Source of the DNA: Chiloscyllium plagiosum
Lineage: Eukaryota
Reading direction: 5' to 3'
DNA: 20,000 nt
Assembly (NCBI RefSeq): GCF_004010195.1
Contig: NC_057756.1
Coordinates: forward strand, 322,764 to 342,763
The first letter of the stretch is position 1. Each line of letters starts with the position of its first letter. The notes below the pieces were generated by a model. It was not told where the DNA came from, did not search any database, and saw only the letters and a list, made by a program, of their open reading frames with translations. A program made the position numbers and the translations under genes. Below, piece by piece: positions 18,464 through 20,000 of the stretch.

Positions 18464-18922
18464 GGACTACTGTGTACAGTTCTGGTTGCCCTGCAGTAGG
18501 AAGGATATTATTAAATTGGAAAAGGGTGCAGAAAAGATTTGAAAGGATGTTACAAGGACTGGAGGGTTAGAGTGAAAAGGAGAGGCAAGAGGGACTCGCA
18601 CTTTTTTCCCCACTGGACAGATCTTTTCCGAAGAATTCAAAACTACAGGGCATATTTTTAAGGTGAGGGGGGAAAGATTTAAGAGGGGCCTGAGGGGCAA
18701 TTTTTTTTTAAACAAAGAAGATGGGTCATTTGTAGAATGAACTGCAAACGAAGTGATGGATGCAGTAGAGTTACATTTCAAACAAGTTTTGGTTCAGTAC
18801 ATGAATAGGAAAGGTTTCAAGGTATATGGGCCAAACATAGTCAAATTGGACTAGTTTAGTTTGGCAAACCGTTGGATTGAAGGGACTGTTTCCGTGCTGT
18901 ATGACTCTGACTTGATGACTCT
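18464..18922 (+). mobile_element. CR1 LINE 3' end
   Basis: DYCVQFWLPCSRKDIIKLE..VQKRF, 3' motif gaagggactgtttccgtgctgta and a tgactc-type tail. Confidence 0.85.
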
Positions 18923-19036
18923 GTCTTCAGAGCTTATCTGCCCCCATCATCTGCTCATAACACCCAAGCCTTTCCTTATGATCAATACTTGTACGACCAC
19001 AAATATAAAGTATCTAAATTATTTCAATGAGAAGAC

Positions 19037-19095
19037 ATGGACAGTAAGTTTGCAGACCACACCAAATTTGGTGGTTTCGTGGACAGTGAAAAAGA
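19037..19095 (+). mobile_element. Short CR1 RT fragment
   Basis: SKFADHTKFGGFVDSE (FADD region). Confidence 0.7.
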
Positions 19096-20000
19096 CAATT
19101 TTCTGATTCAGTATGTGGATGTACCTACTAGAGAAGGTGCAAAACTTGACCTACTCTTGGGAAATAAGGCAGGGCAGGTGACTGAGGTGTCAGTGGGGGA
19201 GCACTTTGGGGCCAGCGACCATAATTCTATTCGTTTTAAATTCGTGTTGGAAAAGGATAGACCAGATCTAAAAGTTGAAGTTCTAAATTAGAGAAAGGCC
19301 AATTTTGACGGTATTAGGCAAGAACATTTGAAAGCTGATTGGAGTCAGACGTTCACGAGTAAAGCGACGGCTGGAAAATGGGAAGCTTTCAGAAATGAGA
19401 AATCAAGAATCCAGAGAAAGTATATTCCTGTCAGGGTGAAAAGGAAGGTTGGTAGGTATCAGGAATACTGGATGACTAAAGAAATTGAGGGTTTGGTTAG
19501 GAAAAGAAGGAAGCATGTGTCAGGTATAGACAAGATAAATCGAGTGAATCCTTAGAAGAGTATAAAGGAAGTAGGAGTATACTTAAGAGGGAAATCAGGA
19601 GGGCAAAAAGGGGATATGAGATAGCGTTGGCAAATAGAATTAAGGAGAATCCAAAGGGACTTTACAAATATATTAAGGACAAAAGGGTAACGGAGGAGAG
19701 AATAGGGCCCCTCAAAGATCAGCAAGGCGGCCTTTCTGTGGAGCCACATAAAATGGGGGAGATACTAAATGAATATTTTGCATCAGTATTTACTGTGAAA
19801 AAGGCTATGGAAGATATAGACTGTCGGGAAATAGATGGTGACATCTTGCAAAATGTCCAGATTACAAAGGAGGAAGTGCTGGATGTCTTGAAACGGTTAA
19901 AGTTGGATAAATCCCCAGGACCTGATCAGGTATACCCGAGAACTCTGTGGGAAGCTAGAGAAGTGATTGCTGGGCCTCTTGCTGAGATATTTGTATCATC
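19096..20000 (+). mobile_element. 5'-truncated CR1 ORF2 (endonuclease C-terminus onward), continuing past the window end
   Basis: FLIQYVDVPTREGAKLDLLLGN...GASDHNSIRF...IKENPKGLYKYIKDK...DKSPGPDQVYPR, with stops and frameshifts. Confidence 0.92.

Noticed and set aside
19037..19291. ORF with RT motif before endonuclease motif as a rearranged LINE architecture
   Set aside because: It is better explained by a 5'-truncated CR1 inserted into, or abutting, an older CR1 RT fragment.

Overview
Repeat-dense, non-genic vertebrate DNA, most likely shark (inferred from an HE1-type V-SINE and shark-type CR1 LINEs). No intact host gene is supported. Positions 1 to ~6200 (minus strand) hold the 5' two-thirds of a decayed endogenous retrovirus-like provirus. 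Its order is LTR (TATA, AATAAA, CAACA end, 21-bp U3 repeats), atypical PBS, gag (MHR-like motif, two CCHC knuckles), protease in the gag frame, RT (LDIAN, WTRLPQGFHNSP, YVDD; spumavirus/lokiretrovirus-like), tether, retroviral-type RNase H and integrase, which runs off the left edge. The RT is split by a 1.5-kb nested insertion flanked by a 16-bp duplication. A short Penelope-like repeat occurs five times; the longer copies carry a minimal hammerhead ribozyme motif, and one copy is a head-to-head palindrome. The rest is decayed CR1, L2/CR1-like, RTE, Tx1 and Rex1-like LINE fragments, SINEs and a Gmr1-like Gypsy protease-integrase fragment. Family names come from motif recognition by eye, not database searches, and many boundaries are approximate.
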